Shown: positions 47,867 to 58,352, numbered from the stretch's first letter. The stretch is 64,000 nucleotides of DNA from Patescibacteria group bacterium (GCA_022574205.1 JACZSL010000001.1:5447-69446); one strand, 5' to 3'. Program-made: numbers and translations. The notes: generated from the letters alone by a model not told the origin.

Positions 47867-49111
47867 GTGTCTTGGATACACAGTATGATTTGGGAAAAAC
47901 ATAACATAATTAACGTAATACTCTTTATTGATAACTACCCCATACCTAGTGGTGGTATGGAAATGCACGCACACGCATTTATGCAGCACTTCAAAAACCA
48001 CTCTCGTATTCGTATACAACACGTTATTGCATTCTCCAACAGTCCGCATGATGTACAGAATAATAAGGACGGAATTCTGGTATTACCAAAAAGTATCATA
48101 CACAACCCAAATGGTTTAATAACCGCTCTCAGGAAAGTAGGTATTAGTGATCATGGTGTATTCTTTTTTAATAGTCTCTACTGGATAGAAACACTTGCAG
48201 TACTAAAAAAAACATTTCCTGACACAGTGTACATACAACGATCTGGTGGTAACGATATCATGCAATCGCGTGTTCCCGCAGGCGGAAACACTCTCGCTGA
48301 AAGACAGAAGTTTGTCGTCTCAACACTTAATGCACATTTAGACACACTTATTATTAACAGCGAATATACACGCAGTCGTTTTAAGATACTGGGTATATGC
48401 GACGCATTGATGTATACAATTGTTGGCGGTGTTGATACAAAAATATTTCATCCTATAACAAAAGACCAACAAAGAATATTGCGGTTAAATATGCAATTAC
48501 CACTCGACAAAACGATAATACTAAGTGTGTGCAGAATGGTGTCCTTCAAGGGGTTGCCGTATCTAATATGTGCGATCGCAAAACTTGCCGCACGCAATAT
48601 ACACTATATTATTGTGGGTGATGGGCCAGAAAAACAACGAATACAAACACTAATTGACCAAAATGGGCTACAAGACTCAGTAACACTAGTCGGTGAAATA
48701 CCTATGCAAGACATTCATAAGTATTACAAAGCATCTGATATATATGCCCTAACACCAATCGAAGAATTAGTAATCATTAAAGAGGAATCATATATCCGCA
48801 CTGAGACTATGGGGAGAAGTTTCTGTGAAGCAATTGCCACCAACCTGCCAATAGTGGCGTCATTAGTGGGTGGAATACCCGAAGTTTTAAAAAAATATCC
48901 ACATGCCGTGCTTGTATCACAACAAAACACCGTTGCAACTACACATGCGATTATGACTAAACTTGAGCCGTGTTATCAATATATTAAATCTAATATTACA
49001 TTACCGAACACACACTCTTGGTATGCTATATTTAACACATATGAACAACTATTTACTACAACATCAGCGCATCGCCATACTTGCAGGACGAGACCCAGCA
49101 ATGAAACATGA
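47867..49111 (+). CDS. glycosyltransferase family 4
   Basis: E-x7-E region ETMGRSFCEAIATNLPIVASLVGGIPEV. Confidence 0.7.
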   Translation: MSWIHSMIWEKHNIINVILFIDNYPIPSGGMEMHAHAFMQHFKNHSRIRIQHVIAFSNSPHDVQNNKDGILVLPKSIIHNPNGLITALRKVGISDHGVFFFNSLYWIETLAVLKKTFPDTVYIQRSGGNDIMQSRVPAGGNTLAERQKFVVSTLNAHLDTLIINSEYTRSRFKILGICDALMYTIVGGVDTKIFHPITKDQQRILRLNMQLPLDKTIILSVCRMVSFKGLPYLICAIAKLAARNIHYIIVGDGPEKQRIQTLIDQNGLQDSVTLVGEIPMQDIHKYYKASDIYALTPIEELVIIKEESYIRTETMGRSFCEAIATNLPIVASLVGGIPEVLKKYPHAVLVSQQNTVATTHAIMTKLEPCYQYIKSNITLPNTHSWYAIFNTYEQLFTTTSAHRHTCRTRPSNET

Positions 49112-50303
49112 TACAGACGGCGGATCGGTATATTTAGAGTACCTAGTAGAAACACTCACCAAGTGCGGCGCATATATAGATGTATATATACCGTCTGGTG
49201 TAAAAGGCGCTATTTATAACAAAGAAAGAGATTCTCAGCAAAAAAGTAGTACTGGTAGCAATATATGGGACAATGAAATCGTACGGGTAATCTATTTTCC
49301 AGTGGATCAATGTACGCGCAATGATGTAGATATAACAGAGGACTACTTCTGTGCGCGAATAGAGAAATCGAGTTACATAGCAAAATTTTTTGCAGACAGA
49401 AAACTATATTCGTACAATGCTGTATATATACTGCATATGGCAAATGCATTTGCTGTTATACAAGAACGATTAACTGATGTGGATAATACTGTGGTCTTCC
49501 CTATGATGACCAGTGTTCATTATGAAAAATTTTCGGAAGTACCAAAAGAATACATTGAGGCAGAACAATCTGTATTTGATTGTATTAAACACATATGCAG
49601 CCCTTCAGAAGATGAAATTTGTAACATACAAAAAAGGTTTAGTGTACCTAAGCACAAACTCTTCAAGGTACACAGAGGATTTTCGGACAATGATTTCCCA
49701 CCTCAAAAGCACTGTGTCACAAATACAAACATTATTACACTTTTTTCAGCAAATGGTATCCGCCCACAAAAAGATCATCTTTTCCTCATACCACTCGTTG
49801 TAGAGCTACTACGTCACAACCTACATGTACATGTACACCTAACCGGCAACAACGGACATAGCCACAACCCGGTTTATAATGCATACACAAAAAAGTTTTG
49901 GGGTGCTGTAAAAGATAGTGGTCTTACTAATCACTTTACTGCACATGGTGTTGTTAATCGCACAGAGCTAGTGCGTATCATGTCATCGTGTGACTATGCA
50001 ATCTATCCTTCTATATCAGAAACATTTGGAAAATCAGCGCTAGAAAGTGTAGTAAGTGGATTACCGACAGTTGTATTTGATGACGTACCTGCATTCGGTG
50101 AATTCATCATACATAATGATACTGGTATCATAACCCCTAGAGAACCAATTGCCTGCGTAAAGACAATTTTAGATATTCATAAAAATCCAAACTTGTATAA
50201 AAATATAAGAACACAAGGATTGAAGCTACGAGACACCTTTACATGGAATTCTATAATGCGCGATTTTATACAAAAACAACACTCTCGTTATATTCTTTAC
50301 TAA
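49041..50303 (+). CDS. glycosyltransferase family 4-like (start moved to MNNYLL to limit overlap)
   Basis: Motif SETFGKSALESVVSGLPTVVFDDVPAFGE. Confidence 0.6.
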   Translation: MNNYLLQHQRIAILAGRDPAMKHDTDGGSVYLEYLVETLTKCGAYIDVYIPSGVKGAIYNKERDSQQKSSTGSNIWDNEIVRVIYFPVDQCTRNDVDITEDYFCARIEKSSYIAKFFADRKLYSYNAVYILHMANAFAVIQERLTDVDNTVVFPMMTSVHYEKFSEVPKEYIEAEQSVFDCIKHICSPSEDEICNIQKRFSVPKHKLFKVHRGFSDNDFPPQKHCVTNTNIITLFSANGIRPQKDHLFLIPLVVELLRHNLHVHVHLTGNNGHSHNPVYNAYTKKFWGAVKDSGLTNHFTAHGVVNRTELVRIMSSCDYAIYPSISETFGKSALESVVSGLPTVVFDDVPAFGEFIIHNDTGIITPREPIACVKTILDIHKNPNLYKNIRTQGLKLRDTFTWNSIMRDFIQKQHSRYILY

Positions 50304-50310
50304 TATAACA

Positions 50311-50362
50311 GCGATACAATGACAAGATGTGTCCCAACCATAACTCGCATAAATTAAACAAG
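50311..50362 (+). repeat. diverged copy 3 of topA 3' end (would encode ..MCPNHNSHKLNKNK)
   Basis: About 70% identical to copy 1. A hairpin at about 50365-50390 follows. Confidence 0.65.
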
Positions 50363-50424
50363 AACAAATAAAAAGGCGCCACTAAGTGGCGTCTCTATTG
50401 TGTTGTGCCGTGAAGAGCCGTTGG

Positions 50425-50655
50425 CTATGACCCAAAGCCTACTTCTTTCTGCAGATCATGCGAGCGCTGTCTCATTGCGTCAACTCCACGGCCACCTCCG
50501 TACTTCTGGACATGTCGGACAGCTACATCATACACACATGTGAACATGTTGTGTCCGGGTTCTAACTCTGAAAAACGCTCTGTACATCCAGGACAGCGAT
50601 TGACGTCGCAGTCATCCAAAAAAGCAGGCGTGTGGTCCGTTACCATAATTAGCAC
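50425..50655 (-). CDS. small Cys-containing hypothetical protein
   Basis: ORF with a downstream hairpin plus T-run on the minus strand. Contains C..C pairs. Confidence 0.3.
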   Translation of the reverse strand: MLIMVTDHTPAFLDDCDVNRCPGCTERFSELEPGHNMFTCVYDVAVRHVQKYGGGRGVDAMRQRSHDLQKEVGFGS

Positions 50656-50673
50656 CTCGTTGCATATTTACCA

Positions 50674-52233
50674 GTGAAAAGTATAATGATCATTATGCTC
50701 AATGTCAAGGACATTATTTCACTTATGCCCAGCGTCCCGTCACAAGAAGGTGTCGAGCTTATTAAAAAGGCATATGCGTTTGCAGAAAATGCTCACCAAG
50801 AAGACGACAGGCTTTCCGGCGAAACTTACATGATACATCTTCAGTCCACAGCCGGAACACTTGCCGAACTTGGTCTCGGCCCGCGAGCTATTTCCGCAGG
50901 GCTCCTTCATGATGTGATTGAGGACGGAAGAGCTGATGAAAATACATTAAAAAAAGAGTTCGGAGAAGAAGTACTTTTTCTTGTTCAAGGTGTCACCAAG
51001 CTTGGTCATTTGAAGTACCGGGGTGTAGAGCGACATGTTGGAAGCCTGCAAAAATTATTTGTTGCGACTTCTCAAGATGTCAGAGTGCTTCTCATAAAAC
51101 TTGCAGATAGACTGCACAACATGAGAACTCTTGATGCGCAGCCAAAAGTAAAGCAGAAACGTATTGCTCTTGAGACACTCGAAATATATGTTCCTCTTGC
51201 CTATCGTCTTGGCGTACGCCGTATTAATCGTGAATTAGAAGATCTTTCTTTTATGTATATTTATCCTAAAGAGTATGCTGAAGTAAAGGAGATTCTCAAG
51301 CAGCGGGCGGCGGAAACAAACAAGCGTCTTGATAAACTTCGCAAATCGATTCGGAAAGCATTTGCAAAGGAAAATCTGGAAATTATTGAAACTTACTGCA
51401 GAATTAAGGGGCTGTTTAGCCTTTACAAAAAATTGCAGCGAAAGGATAAAGACATTGAAAAAGTTTATGACGTTGCTGCGCTTCGCATTATCGTTTCAAC
51501 GGTTAGTGACTGTTATAGTGCGCTCGGTATCATACACGGTATCTACAGGCCACTCACAGGCCGCATAAAAGACTATATTGCACTCCCCAAACCAAACGGT
51601 TACCAAAGTTTACATACAACTGTTTTTGCAGGAGATGGAAGTATTGCTGAAATACAAATCAGAACAGCGGAAATGCATAAACAAGCCGAGTTTGGTATCG
51701 CATCACATTTCACTTATAAACCTGGAGATACGAAAGGAATCTTTAACCAAAATTTTGATTGGCTTCGCCAACTACTCCCAAATGTAATGATGCCGACTAA
51801 TGTAAATGTCGATGGTTTTTTTAAGACAACGCCTAAGCAAGAAGACGTGAAATCCCCACGTTGGATTAAAGAACTTGCTCGTGAACAACAGGGTGCGTCT
51901 TTAGAGCCACAAGAATTTATTAAAATTTTAAAAGCCGATTTTTTCGACTATCGAATATTTGTCTTCACGCCAAAGGGTGACACAGTTGACCTACCCACTG
52001 GTTCGAGCCCTATTGATTTTGCATACGCTATTCACTCTTATATAGGAAATCATATTTCGGGTGCAAAAGTGAATGGTAAGCTTACCGCGCTCGATGCAGA
52101 ATTGGAAAATGGTGACATAGTTGAAATTCTTACAAAGGATAGTAGCCATCCGACTCAAAAGTGGATGGGCTTTGCAAAAACAACGCTTGCACGTCGTCAT
52201 ATTCGTACTGTTTTGCAGAAAAAGAAATCCTAA
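50674..52233 (+). CDS. relA: short bifunctional (p)ppGpp synthetase/hydrolase (HD + synthetase + TGS, no ACT)
   Basis: HD motif HLQSTAG...LHDVIED. RelA/SpoT synthetase region YKPGDTKG...; TGS motif GDIVEILT. Confidence 0.8.
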   Translation: MKSIMIIMLNVKDIISLMPSVPSQEGVELIKKAYAFAENAHQEDDRLSGETYMIHLQSTAGTLAELGLGPRAISAGLLHDVIEDGRADENTLKKEFGEEVLFLVQGVTKLGHLKYRGVERHVGSLQKLFVATSQDVRVLLIKLADRLHNMRTLDAQPKVKQKRIALETLEIYVPLAYRLGVRRINRELEDLSFMYIYPKEYAEVKEILKQRAAETNKRLDKLRKSIRKAFAKENLEIIETYCRIKGLFSLYKKLQRKDKDIEKVYDVAALRIIVSTVSDCYSALGIIHGIYRPLTGRIKDYIALPKPNGYQSLHTTVFAGDGSIAEIQIRTAEMHKQAEFGIASHFTYKPGDTKGIFNQNFDWLRQLLPNVMMPTNVNVDGFFKTTPKQEDVKSPRWIKELAREQQGASLEPQEFIKILKADFFDYRIFVFTPKGDTVDLPTGSSPIDFAYAIHSYIGNHISGAKVNGKLTALDAELENGDIVEILTKDSSHPTQKWMGFAKTTLARRHIRTVLQKKKS

Positions 52234-53234
52234 ACGGAGAAGTTGCGTATGGAATACAAATCATCCGGGGTCTCCGTGCTCTTAGTGTCATCTTCTTGTT
52301 TATCTTCTGTGTGGGCATCTCTTTCTTCTGTTGAAGAGCTTTCGTTAAGTGTATCTTCGCCATCATTTATCTTCTCGGGTTCAGGCGCTCTTGATAGAAC
52401 CTGGGTGTCCCCAGAACGCAATATAGTTAACAGGTTTCTCAGATCGTCCTCCGAGAAATAGTCAATAACGATTTTTCCTCCAACTTCCCTGCTCTCTATC
52501 TGTACACGCGTACCAAGACTTTCCGTAAGTTTCTGCTCAAGTTCAATAATTTCTGGAGAGAATAACCGGCTTTTCTTTCGTACACGATCTCTGGCAATTC
52601 GTCTGGCAATAGCTTCAGCTTCGCGTACCGTTAGTTTTTTATACTGAATTTCCTTAAAGAGCGTCTCCTGTTCCTCCGGCCTATCTGAAAGCATCATGAT
52701 TGGACGCGAGTGGCCTTCTGTAATCTCACCGTTTGCAAGCGCTTGTTGCATGTGCTCCGGAAGAGTCAGTAGCCGCAGGCTATTTGTGACATACTCACGA
52801 CTTTTTCCTATTTTCTTTGCAATTTGAGTGTGTTTAAATTTAAATTTTATAACAAGTTGCGCAAACGCGTGTGCGCGATCAATTGGGTTTAAATCCTCAC
52901 GTTGAATGTTCTCGATAATCGCAAGTTCGAGCTTCATCTGATCGCTGTCGTCTCCTGTACGAATAATCAGAGGAACACGCTCGAGTCCGGCTATTTTTGA
53001 CGCTCTAAGACGCCGCTCACCAGCAATAAGTTCGTATTCAACAAACAACCCACCGTCTTCTTTAATAGTCTCTTTGCGAGTGGCAACTAGCGGTTGTAAA
53101 ATACCGTACTCTCGTATAGAATCGGCAAGATCAGCAAGTTTGTGCTCGCTGAACTGACGCCGTGGTTGAAATGGATTGGGTTTGATGCGGTCAACTTCCA
53201 CCCAAAAAACTGAATCTCCTTTTATAGATGACAT
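52230..53234 (-). CDS. parB: chromosome partitioning protein ParB with acidic C-terminal extension
   Basis: ParB box GERRLRASKIAGLERVPLIIR and the HTH region. Confidence 0.8.
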   Translation of the reverse strand: MSSIKGDSVFWVEVDRIKPNPFQPRRQFSEHKLADLADSIREYGILQPLVATRKETIKEDGGLFVEYELIAGERRLRASKIAGLERVPLIIRTGDDSDQMKLELAIIENIQREDLNPIDRAHAFAQLVIKFKFKHTQIAKKIGKSREYVTNSLRLLTLPEHMQQALANGEITEGHSRPIMMLSDRPEEQETLFKEIQYKKLTVREAEAIARRIARDRVRKKSRLFSPEIIELEQKLTESLGTRVQIESREVGGKIVIDYFSEDDLRNLLTILRSGDTQVLSRAPEPEKINDGEDTLNESSSTEERDAHTEDKQEDDTKSTETPDDLYSIRNFSV

Positions 53235-53424
53235 TTTTACTTTAATGTAGTAATTATATCACGAAAAAAAGTCGACTCAAATTGAAAAAAGGGTGGCTTT
53301 GTCGTAGAGTTATAGGATCCGGTTCACATATTGGGCGAGTGGCCAGGAGAATCTGATGGTATACGCGCAAAGCGGCATTGCTAAATTAAATACTTAGTTT
53401 AGAGTGGAATAGAATCGAATGTAT

Positions 53425-53505
53425 GCCGCGGTGGCGGAATTGGTATACGCGCACGACTCAAAATCGTGTGGAGCAATCCATGAGGGTTCGACCCCCTCCC
53501 GCGGC
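53425..53505 (+). tRNA. tRNA-Leu (anticodon CAA), type II with long variable arm
   Basis: Acceptor GCCGCGG/CCGCGGC, anticodon loop CTCAAAA, T-arm GAGGGTTCGACCCCCTC. No encoded CCA. Ends may be off by a few nt. Confidence 0.75.
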
Positions 53506-53751
53506 ACATAAAACACTAGGCCCTGGTGCAAGAGCACTGGGGTCTTCGTGTTTTACCGTTGGGGATGGAGTTGAAAGGCGGAGACGGTACACAAGACGAG
53601 CGAAGCGAGGACTTGTCGCCGAGTCGTGGTTAAGAACGCTTAGTATTTTGCGAATGTTTGGAGCAAAATACTTAGTGATTTGTGACCAACTCCCTCCTCG
53701 CAAACAAAAATAACAGCTGAGTACAAAATGTACTTGGCTGTGTTTTTTATA

Positions 53752-54294
53752 TTACTTATTTCTTAAGTAATCCAGCATTGTATCAACATCGCTTATCTCA
53801 AACGGATCGGTTGGGCAATCATTTTGGAAACCTGGTTCGATAAATATTTTTTCTATTTTTCCATCGTCTACAAACATGCTGTAACGCCAACTTCTCTCAC
53901 CAAATCCAAGATCATCCTTTTTAACAGCCATGTCCATTGCCCGAGCGAAATTTCCTGAGCCGTCTGGAAGCAACTTAACATTTTTAATGTTCTGGTCTTT
54001 ACCCCACTGGTACATTACAAAAGCATCGTTTACAGAAATACAATATACTTCGTCAACTCCAAGAGCTATTAGCTCATCATATTTTTTTTCATACCCAGGT
54101 AAATGTGTTGAACTACACGTTGGCGTAAACGCACCGGGTAAAGAAAATACAACAATCTTTTTTCCTCTAAATAAATCCTCTGTCATAACATCCTCCCAAC
54201 GAAATGGGTTATCGCCTGGCACCGATTCGTCGCGGACACGAGTTTTCAATGTTACATTAGGTACTCGGGTGGGGGTTTTTGGTTCTTGTGTCAT
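53752..54294 (-). CDS. peroxiredoxin (Prx5-like, thioredoxin fold)
   Basis: Motif PGAFTPTCS with the peroxidatic Cys. Confidence 0.8.
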   Translation of the reverse strand: MTQEPKTPTRVPNVTLKTRVRDESVPGDNPFRWEDVMTEDLFRGKKIVVFSLPGAFTPTCSSTHLPGYEKKYDELIALGVDEVYCISVNDAFVMYQWGKDQNIKNVKLLPDGSGNFARAMDMAVKKDDLGFGERSWRYSMFVDDGKIEKIFIEPGFQNDCPTDPFEISDVDTMLDYLRNK

Positions 54295-54344
54295 ATTTAC
54301 TTTTGAGTTTATAGTTATATGGTGGCATTGTATCACATATTATT

Positions 54345-55244
54345 ATGAGTAATAAAAAACAAAAGATTTTGGTAGTCGTAGGTCCAACAGCTTCTGGAAA
54401 AACAAGACTTTCTATAAGTTTGGCGAAAAAATTTAATGGGGAGATCATTTCCGCTGATTCAAGGCAGGTGTATAAAGGTCTCAACATTGGAACAGAAAAA
54501 GCATCAAATAAAGAAATGCAGGGTATCCCCCATCACTTAATAGATGTGTGTGATCCATCTGATACTTTTACGGTTCGTGATTTTAAGAAACATGCTAAAG
54601 ATGCTATTCGTGAAATTGCTTCGCACAGCAAACTTCCAATAGTGACCGGTGGCTCAGGATTTTATATAGATGCTCTTTTGTACAAAATAGATTTTCCGGA
54701 AGTGCTACCAAACAAGAGTTTGCGTAAAGAGCTAGAACATAAGTCAAAGGATGAGCTGTTCACCGTATTAGAGGAAAAGGATCCAGAGAGGGCGAAGACT
54801 ATAGATCCACACAATAAAAGACGTCTTATTCGTGCGCTTGAAATAATAGAAAAGCTAGGGAGCGTCCCGGAGATTGGTGTAAGAGAGGGTGTATACGACA
54901 CGCTTATAATAGGCATCAAAACCAGTGATCATAAACTAAAAGAAAAAATTGAGGAGAGGTTTGGAGAAACTATGGAAAAAGGTCTGATAAATGAAATAAT
55001 GTTACTACGAAACAACGGAATTTCAGATGAGCGGATCAATGAATTTGGACTTGAGTATAGAGTTGGTTTGGAGTTTTTAAATGATGATATATCTGAAGTT
55101 GATATGAGAGAGAGGATTATTGGCGAGTTGTGGAAGTACGTGAAGCGACAAAAAACGTGGTTTAAGAGAAACAAAGATATACTGTGGTTTGAGATTGATA
55201 ATATCGAGGAAATTGAAAAAGAAATCAACAATTTTTTAAACTAA
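54345..55244 (+). CDS. miaA: tRNA dimethylallyltransferase
   Basis: P-loop GPTASGKT plus DSRQVYKGL. Confidence 0.85.
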   Translation: MSNKKQKILVVVGPTASGKTRLSISLAKKFNGEIISADSRQVYKGLNIGTEKASNKEMQGIPHHLIDVCDPSDTFTVRDFKKHAKDAIREIASHSKLPIVTGGSGFYIDALLYKIDFPEVLPNKSLRKELEHKSKDELFTVLEEKDPERAKTIDPHNKRRLIRALEIIEKLGSVPEIGVREGVYDTLIIGIKTSDHKLKEKIEERFGETMEKGLINEIMLLRNNGISDERINEFGLEYRVGLEFLNDDISEVDMRERIIGELWKYVKRQKTWFKRNKDILWFEIDNIEEIEKEINNFLN

Positions 55245-55321
55245 ACTCAACACGCCAGCTGCGATCGAGCGTAGTGGGTACTTCTTTCGAACCCTCGTGG
55301 GCTAACGCGTGGTTACAAAAA

Positions 55322-55347
55322 AGGCCATGAAAAACATGGCTTTTTTG
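55322..55347. terminator. hairpin gccatg-aaaaa-catggc + T6 (bidirectional)
   Basis: Directly after miaA and also 3' of the minus-strand tRNA-Trp. Confidence 0.6.
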
Positions 55348-55351
55348 TTAC

Positions 55352-55425
55352 TGCGGGTCCACCAGGACTTGAACCTGGGACGGTGGTTTTGGAGACCACT
55401 GTTTTACCAACTAAACTATGGACCC
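55352..55425 (-). tRNA. tRNA-Trp (anticodon CCA)
   Basis: Reverse complement: GGGTCCA...anticodon loop CTCCAAA...T-arm GGTTCAAGTCC...TGGACCC-G. Confidence 0.75.
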
Positions 55426-55719
55426 AAAAATCTCTGAGAGAGATTTTTTGACCATTGTGGGAGACTTTTACAAATCATACCACAAACTCTAAGTGGCTTA
55501 TTTTTTGACTTCCGTATGAAGTAAGTGCTTTCTGTCCCACTTACAATACTTCTTGAGCTCGATTTTACGCGTAACCTGTTTACGATTTTTTCTGGTCCAG
55601 TAGTTAATCCGATTACATTTACTACAAGCTAGTTTTATTAATTTATCTTGTGACATAATTTCCGTGTCTATGTTTAGTAGACGCCATTATAGAGTATGTT
55701 TGGAGAGTAGTCAAATTAT

Positions 55720-56823
55720 CTACCCTCCAATAATTCTTAAAATATCGTTGTAGGAAATGAGTAAAATGAGAAGTATTAAGAGTATGAAAAAGATGTTGTG
55801 AAGTGAATTTATTACATTTGGTTGAAGTGGTGAACCTTTTACAACTTCTATAAGTAGAAACAATAAACGTCCCCCATCAAGTGCTGGAATTGGAAGAATA
55901 TTTATAACTGCTAGATTTATTGAAATGATTGCTGTAAAGAATAGGAGGGAGACTATACCAAGTTCTGCTGCATCCCCCACGACGCTTACAATGCCAATTG
56001 GCCCAGCAATATCCGAAAGATCTGCAGACAATGTAAATGCGCCTACTATGAGAGCACCGATGGCTACAGCTACGGTTTTAGTAATTTGATACGTTATTTT
56101 TCCTCCTTCCCACAGTGCAATGTGTACAGGGTATTTAAGATCTCCAATGAGGGCCATTGATATGCCAATGGCTCTACGATCCGGGTCACCGCTAATCAGG
56201 CCTAATTCAGGCATAATTCGCAAGGTTACCTCCTCGTCTGCGCGCATAAGAACAAGCTCTATGTCACCGCTACCCCCTACAATGTACGTAACAATTTTAT
56301 CTATGCCATTCAGAGGATCGATTTTATTTCCATCAAGTGAAATTATGCGGTCGTCCGATAAAATTCCTGCTATAGCTCCCGGAGAGCCTTCTAATGTCTC
56401 CATAATTACTACCTCAACGTTTTTGCTGTACTTGAGATCAGTATCGGAAACTACGGTTGTTACTCCAATCAAAAATATAACGGCAAATATAAACCAAGCA
56501 AAAATCAGATTAAAGACTACACCAGCAACCAACACTAAGGCCTGAATAATCTTTGGTTTGTTTACAAAACTCCTCTCGCTATCAGGTCCCGATATTGATT
56601 CTTCATTTGGATTCTCACCAAAAATTTTTACAAATCCACCGAGCGGAATCCAGTTTAGCGTATATTCTGTCCCATTTTTCCTTCCTAACGTTAAAATTTT
56701 TGGTGGAAAACCAATGCCAAACTCATCTACCCGAATACCGTTTTTTTTGGCAACAATAAAATGCCCAAATTCATGAACAAGTATTAAAATCACGAGTATG
56801 ACAAGGAAAATAATGACTGACAT
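55720..56823 (-). CDS. rseP: RseP-like site-2 zinc metalloprotease with PDZ domain
   Basis: HEFGHF motif near the N-terminus; PDZ region; C-terminal LDGGRL. Confidence 0.8.
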   Translation of the reverse strand: MSVIIFLVILVILILVHEFGHFIVAKKNGIRVDEFGIGFPPKILTLGRKNGTEYTLNWIPLGGFVKIFGENPNEESISGPDSERSFVNKPKIIQALVLVAGVVFNLIFAWFIFAVIFLIGVTTVVSDTDLKYSKNVEVVIMETLEGSPGAIAGILSDDRIISLDGNKIDPLNGIDKIVTYIVGGSGDIELVLMRADEEVTLRIMPELGLISGDPDRRAIGISMALIGDLKYPVHIALWEGGKITYQITKTVAVAIGALIVGAFTLSADLSDIAGPIGIVSVVGDAAELGIVSLLFFTAIISINLAVINILPIPALDGGRLLFLLIEVVKGSPLQPNVINSLHNIFFILLILLILLISYNDILRIIGG

Positions 56824-56825
56824 AT

Positions 56826-57380
56826 TTACGTGTTTAGGATCTCCTGTTCTTTCTTTGCAAGATGCGAGTCAAGAAGATTGTTGCCTGTTGTCACAATCTT
56901 CTCCATTTCCTCCTTATATCGAAACTTGTCGTCTTCGCTTATTTCACCATCTTTCTCTTGGCTTTGAATATCATTCCAAACAGCATCACGCTCTGCGCGG
57001 AGTGACACGTGAGCCTGCTCGCATTTGTTTTTTATTACTTTTGCGAGTGCTGTTCTGTTTTCACTTGTAAGCTCAGGAAAAAAGACCCTAACACCTTTAT
57101 CGTCTAAAGAGACTGACAGACCAAGGTTTGAGGAGACAATTGCTTTCTCAAGTGCTTTAGATTGTGTTGGGTCGTACGGAACGACTCGTAAGGTTCTGGC
57201 GTCTTCGGTTGATACACTGGCAACTTGGCTTATTGGAACAGATATTCCATATGAATCGACACGTAGTGAGTCTAAAACTTGTGGTGTTGCTCTTCCGATA
57301 CGAATATTAAAATATTCTTTTTTAAGCCACTCCTTTATATCATCCACTTTTTTATTCAGATGTGAAAAATCGTATGTCAT
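56826..57380 (-). CDS. frr: ribosome recycling factor
   Basis: Size 184 aa and the typical RRF N-terminus. Confidence 0.85.
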   Translation of the reverse strand: MTYDFSHLNKKVDDIKEWLKKEYFNIRIGRATPQVLDSLRVDSYGISVPISQVASVSTEDARTLRVVPYDPTQSKALEKAIVSSNLGLSVSLDDKGVRVFFPELTSENRTALAKVIKNKCEQAHVSLRAERDAVWNDIQSQEKDGEISEDDKFRYKEEMEKIVTTGNNLLDSHLAKKEQEILNT

Positions 57381-57506
57381 CCCATTATAGAGTTGTTCCT
57401 TTAAAATATTTCATTAGATTATGTTTGTTCCGTTTGGTCACACATACCTGTTTTGCGGACTAATCGTAACTCCTAATGGGACAGGTATTGCTATCTTAAC
57501 AGAAAA

Positions 57507-58172
57507 TTAAGCCGTAAGCGCGATATGTTCCAAAATCATCTTCATAAGAGACCCTCGATCAAATAAGTACCCCTTACAAACAGCGAGCTCTCTTAATAAA
57601 TGTAATCTTTCCTTTGATGGCTTTTTAAGAAGCTCATGACGTAAAGATAGTTCGAATTCATCCAAAAATGTGAGGGCTTCGTCTTTATTTTTTGCTTCAA
57701 TAATAGGTTGTAAGTAACGTAGGCGTTCTGGCCCTTTCATTCTCAAAAATTTATCTCCTTGGATGCAGAGTGTTTTCTTTGTCTTTTGGCTTATTACAAA
57801 GAGCCTGGAAAAAAGTGTTGGGAGTATTGTTTCTGGTGTTTTTGTGACGAGAAAAAAATGTGTGTTTAGTGTCGGTTCTTCAAAGAGTTTTAGGAGCGCG
57901 TTCTGCGCCTCGTGTGTCATTGATCGAAAAGTGATTACGGTAATCTGTTTTTCGCCAATTGCTTTTCTAGAACTGTTTTCTTTAAGTATCCTGCTGTCGT
58001 TTATGCCAAAAGTTTCAGTGATAATGTGCGAGAAATCAGGATTTCCTTTTAGTGAGACGAGAAGATCTCTCTCAATAAAAGAAAGCAGGTCACTCGTTAG
58101 TGTCTCGTCAATGAGATAGGCGTGATGAAGAAATCCTGTCCTTTTGTACGTATCACTAATTCTTTTCAGCAT
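57507..58172 (-). CDS. DNA polymerase III delta'-like AAA+ protein (short)
   Basis: HAYLI motif near the N-terminus and clamp-loader-like size. The assignment is weak. Confidence 0.45.
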   Translation of the reverse strand: MLKRISDTYKRTGFLHHAYLIDETLTSDLLSFIERDLLVSLKGNPDFSHIITETFGINDSRILKENSSRKAIGEKQITVITFRSMTHEAQNALLKLFEEPTLNTHFFLVTKTPETILPTLFSRLFVISQKTKKTLCIQGDKFLRMKGPERLRYLQPIIEAKNKDEALTFLDEFELSLRHELLKKPSKERLHLLRELAVCKGYLFDRGSLMKMILEHIALTA

Positions 58173-58352
58173 GTAGTAGTTATTTGTGCCTTAAAATATA
58201 GCCTTTTTAAGCTATAACAGATATGGGTGTAGAAAGACATTGACAATTATTTTCCTTATAATAACATTTTCCTGCTGTTTGGCGTACCGTGTCGTGGTTC
58301 TCGCCGGCAGCGGTCTGTGGCTCGCTTAAACAGGGGCTGCAGACCTTATTTT

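Larger units (their letters stand above)
46036..50310. mobile_element. AT-rich glycosylation island (4 genes) between copies 2 and 3 of the topA tail
   Basis: Lower GC by eye. Bounded by directly repeated gene-end fragments. No integrase was seen. Confidence 0.4.

Noticed and set aside
53423-53713. ORFs 53423-53713 (+) and 53458-53703 (-)
   Set aside because: They overlap tRNA-Leu and the structured GC-rich tail and have no start signals. They are read as non-coding.
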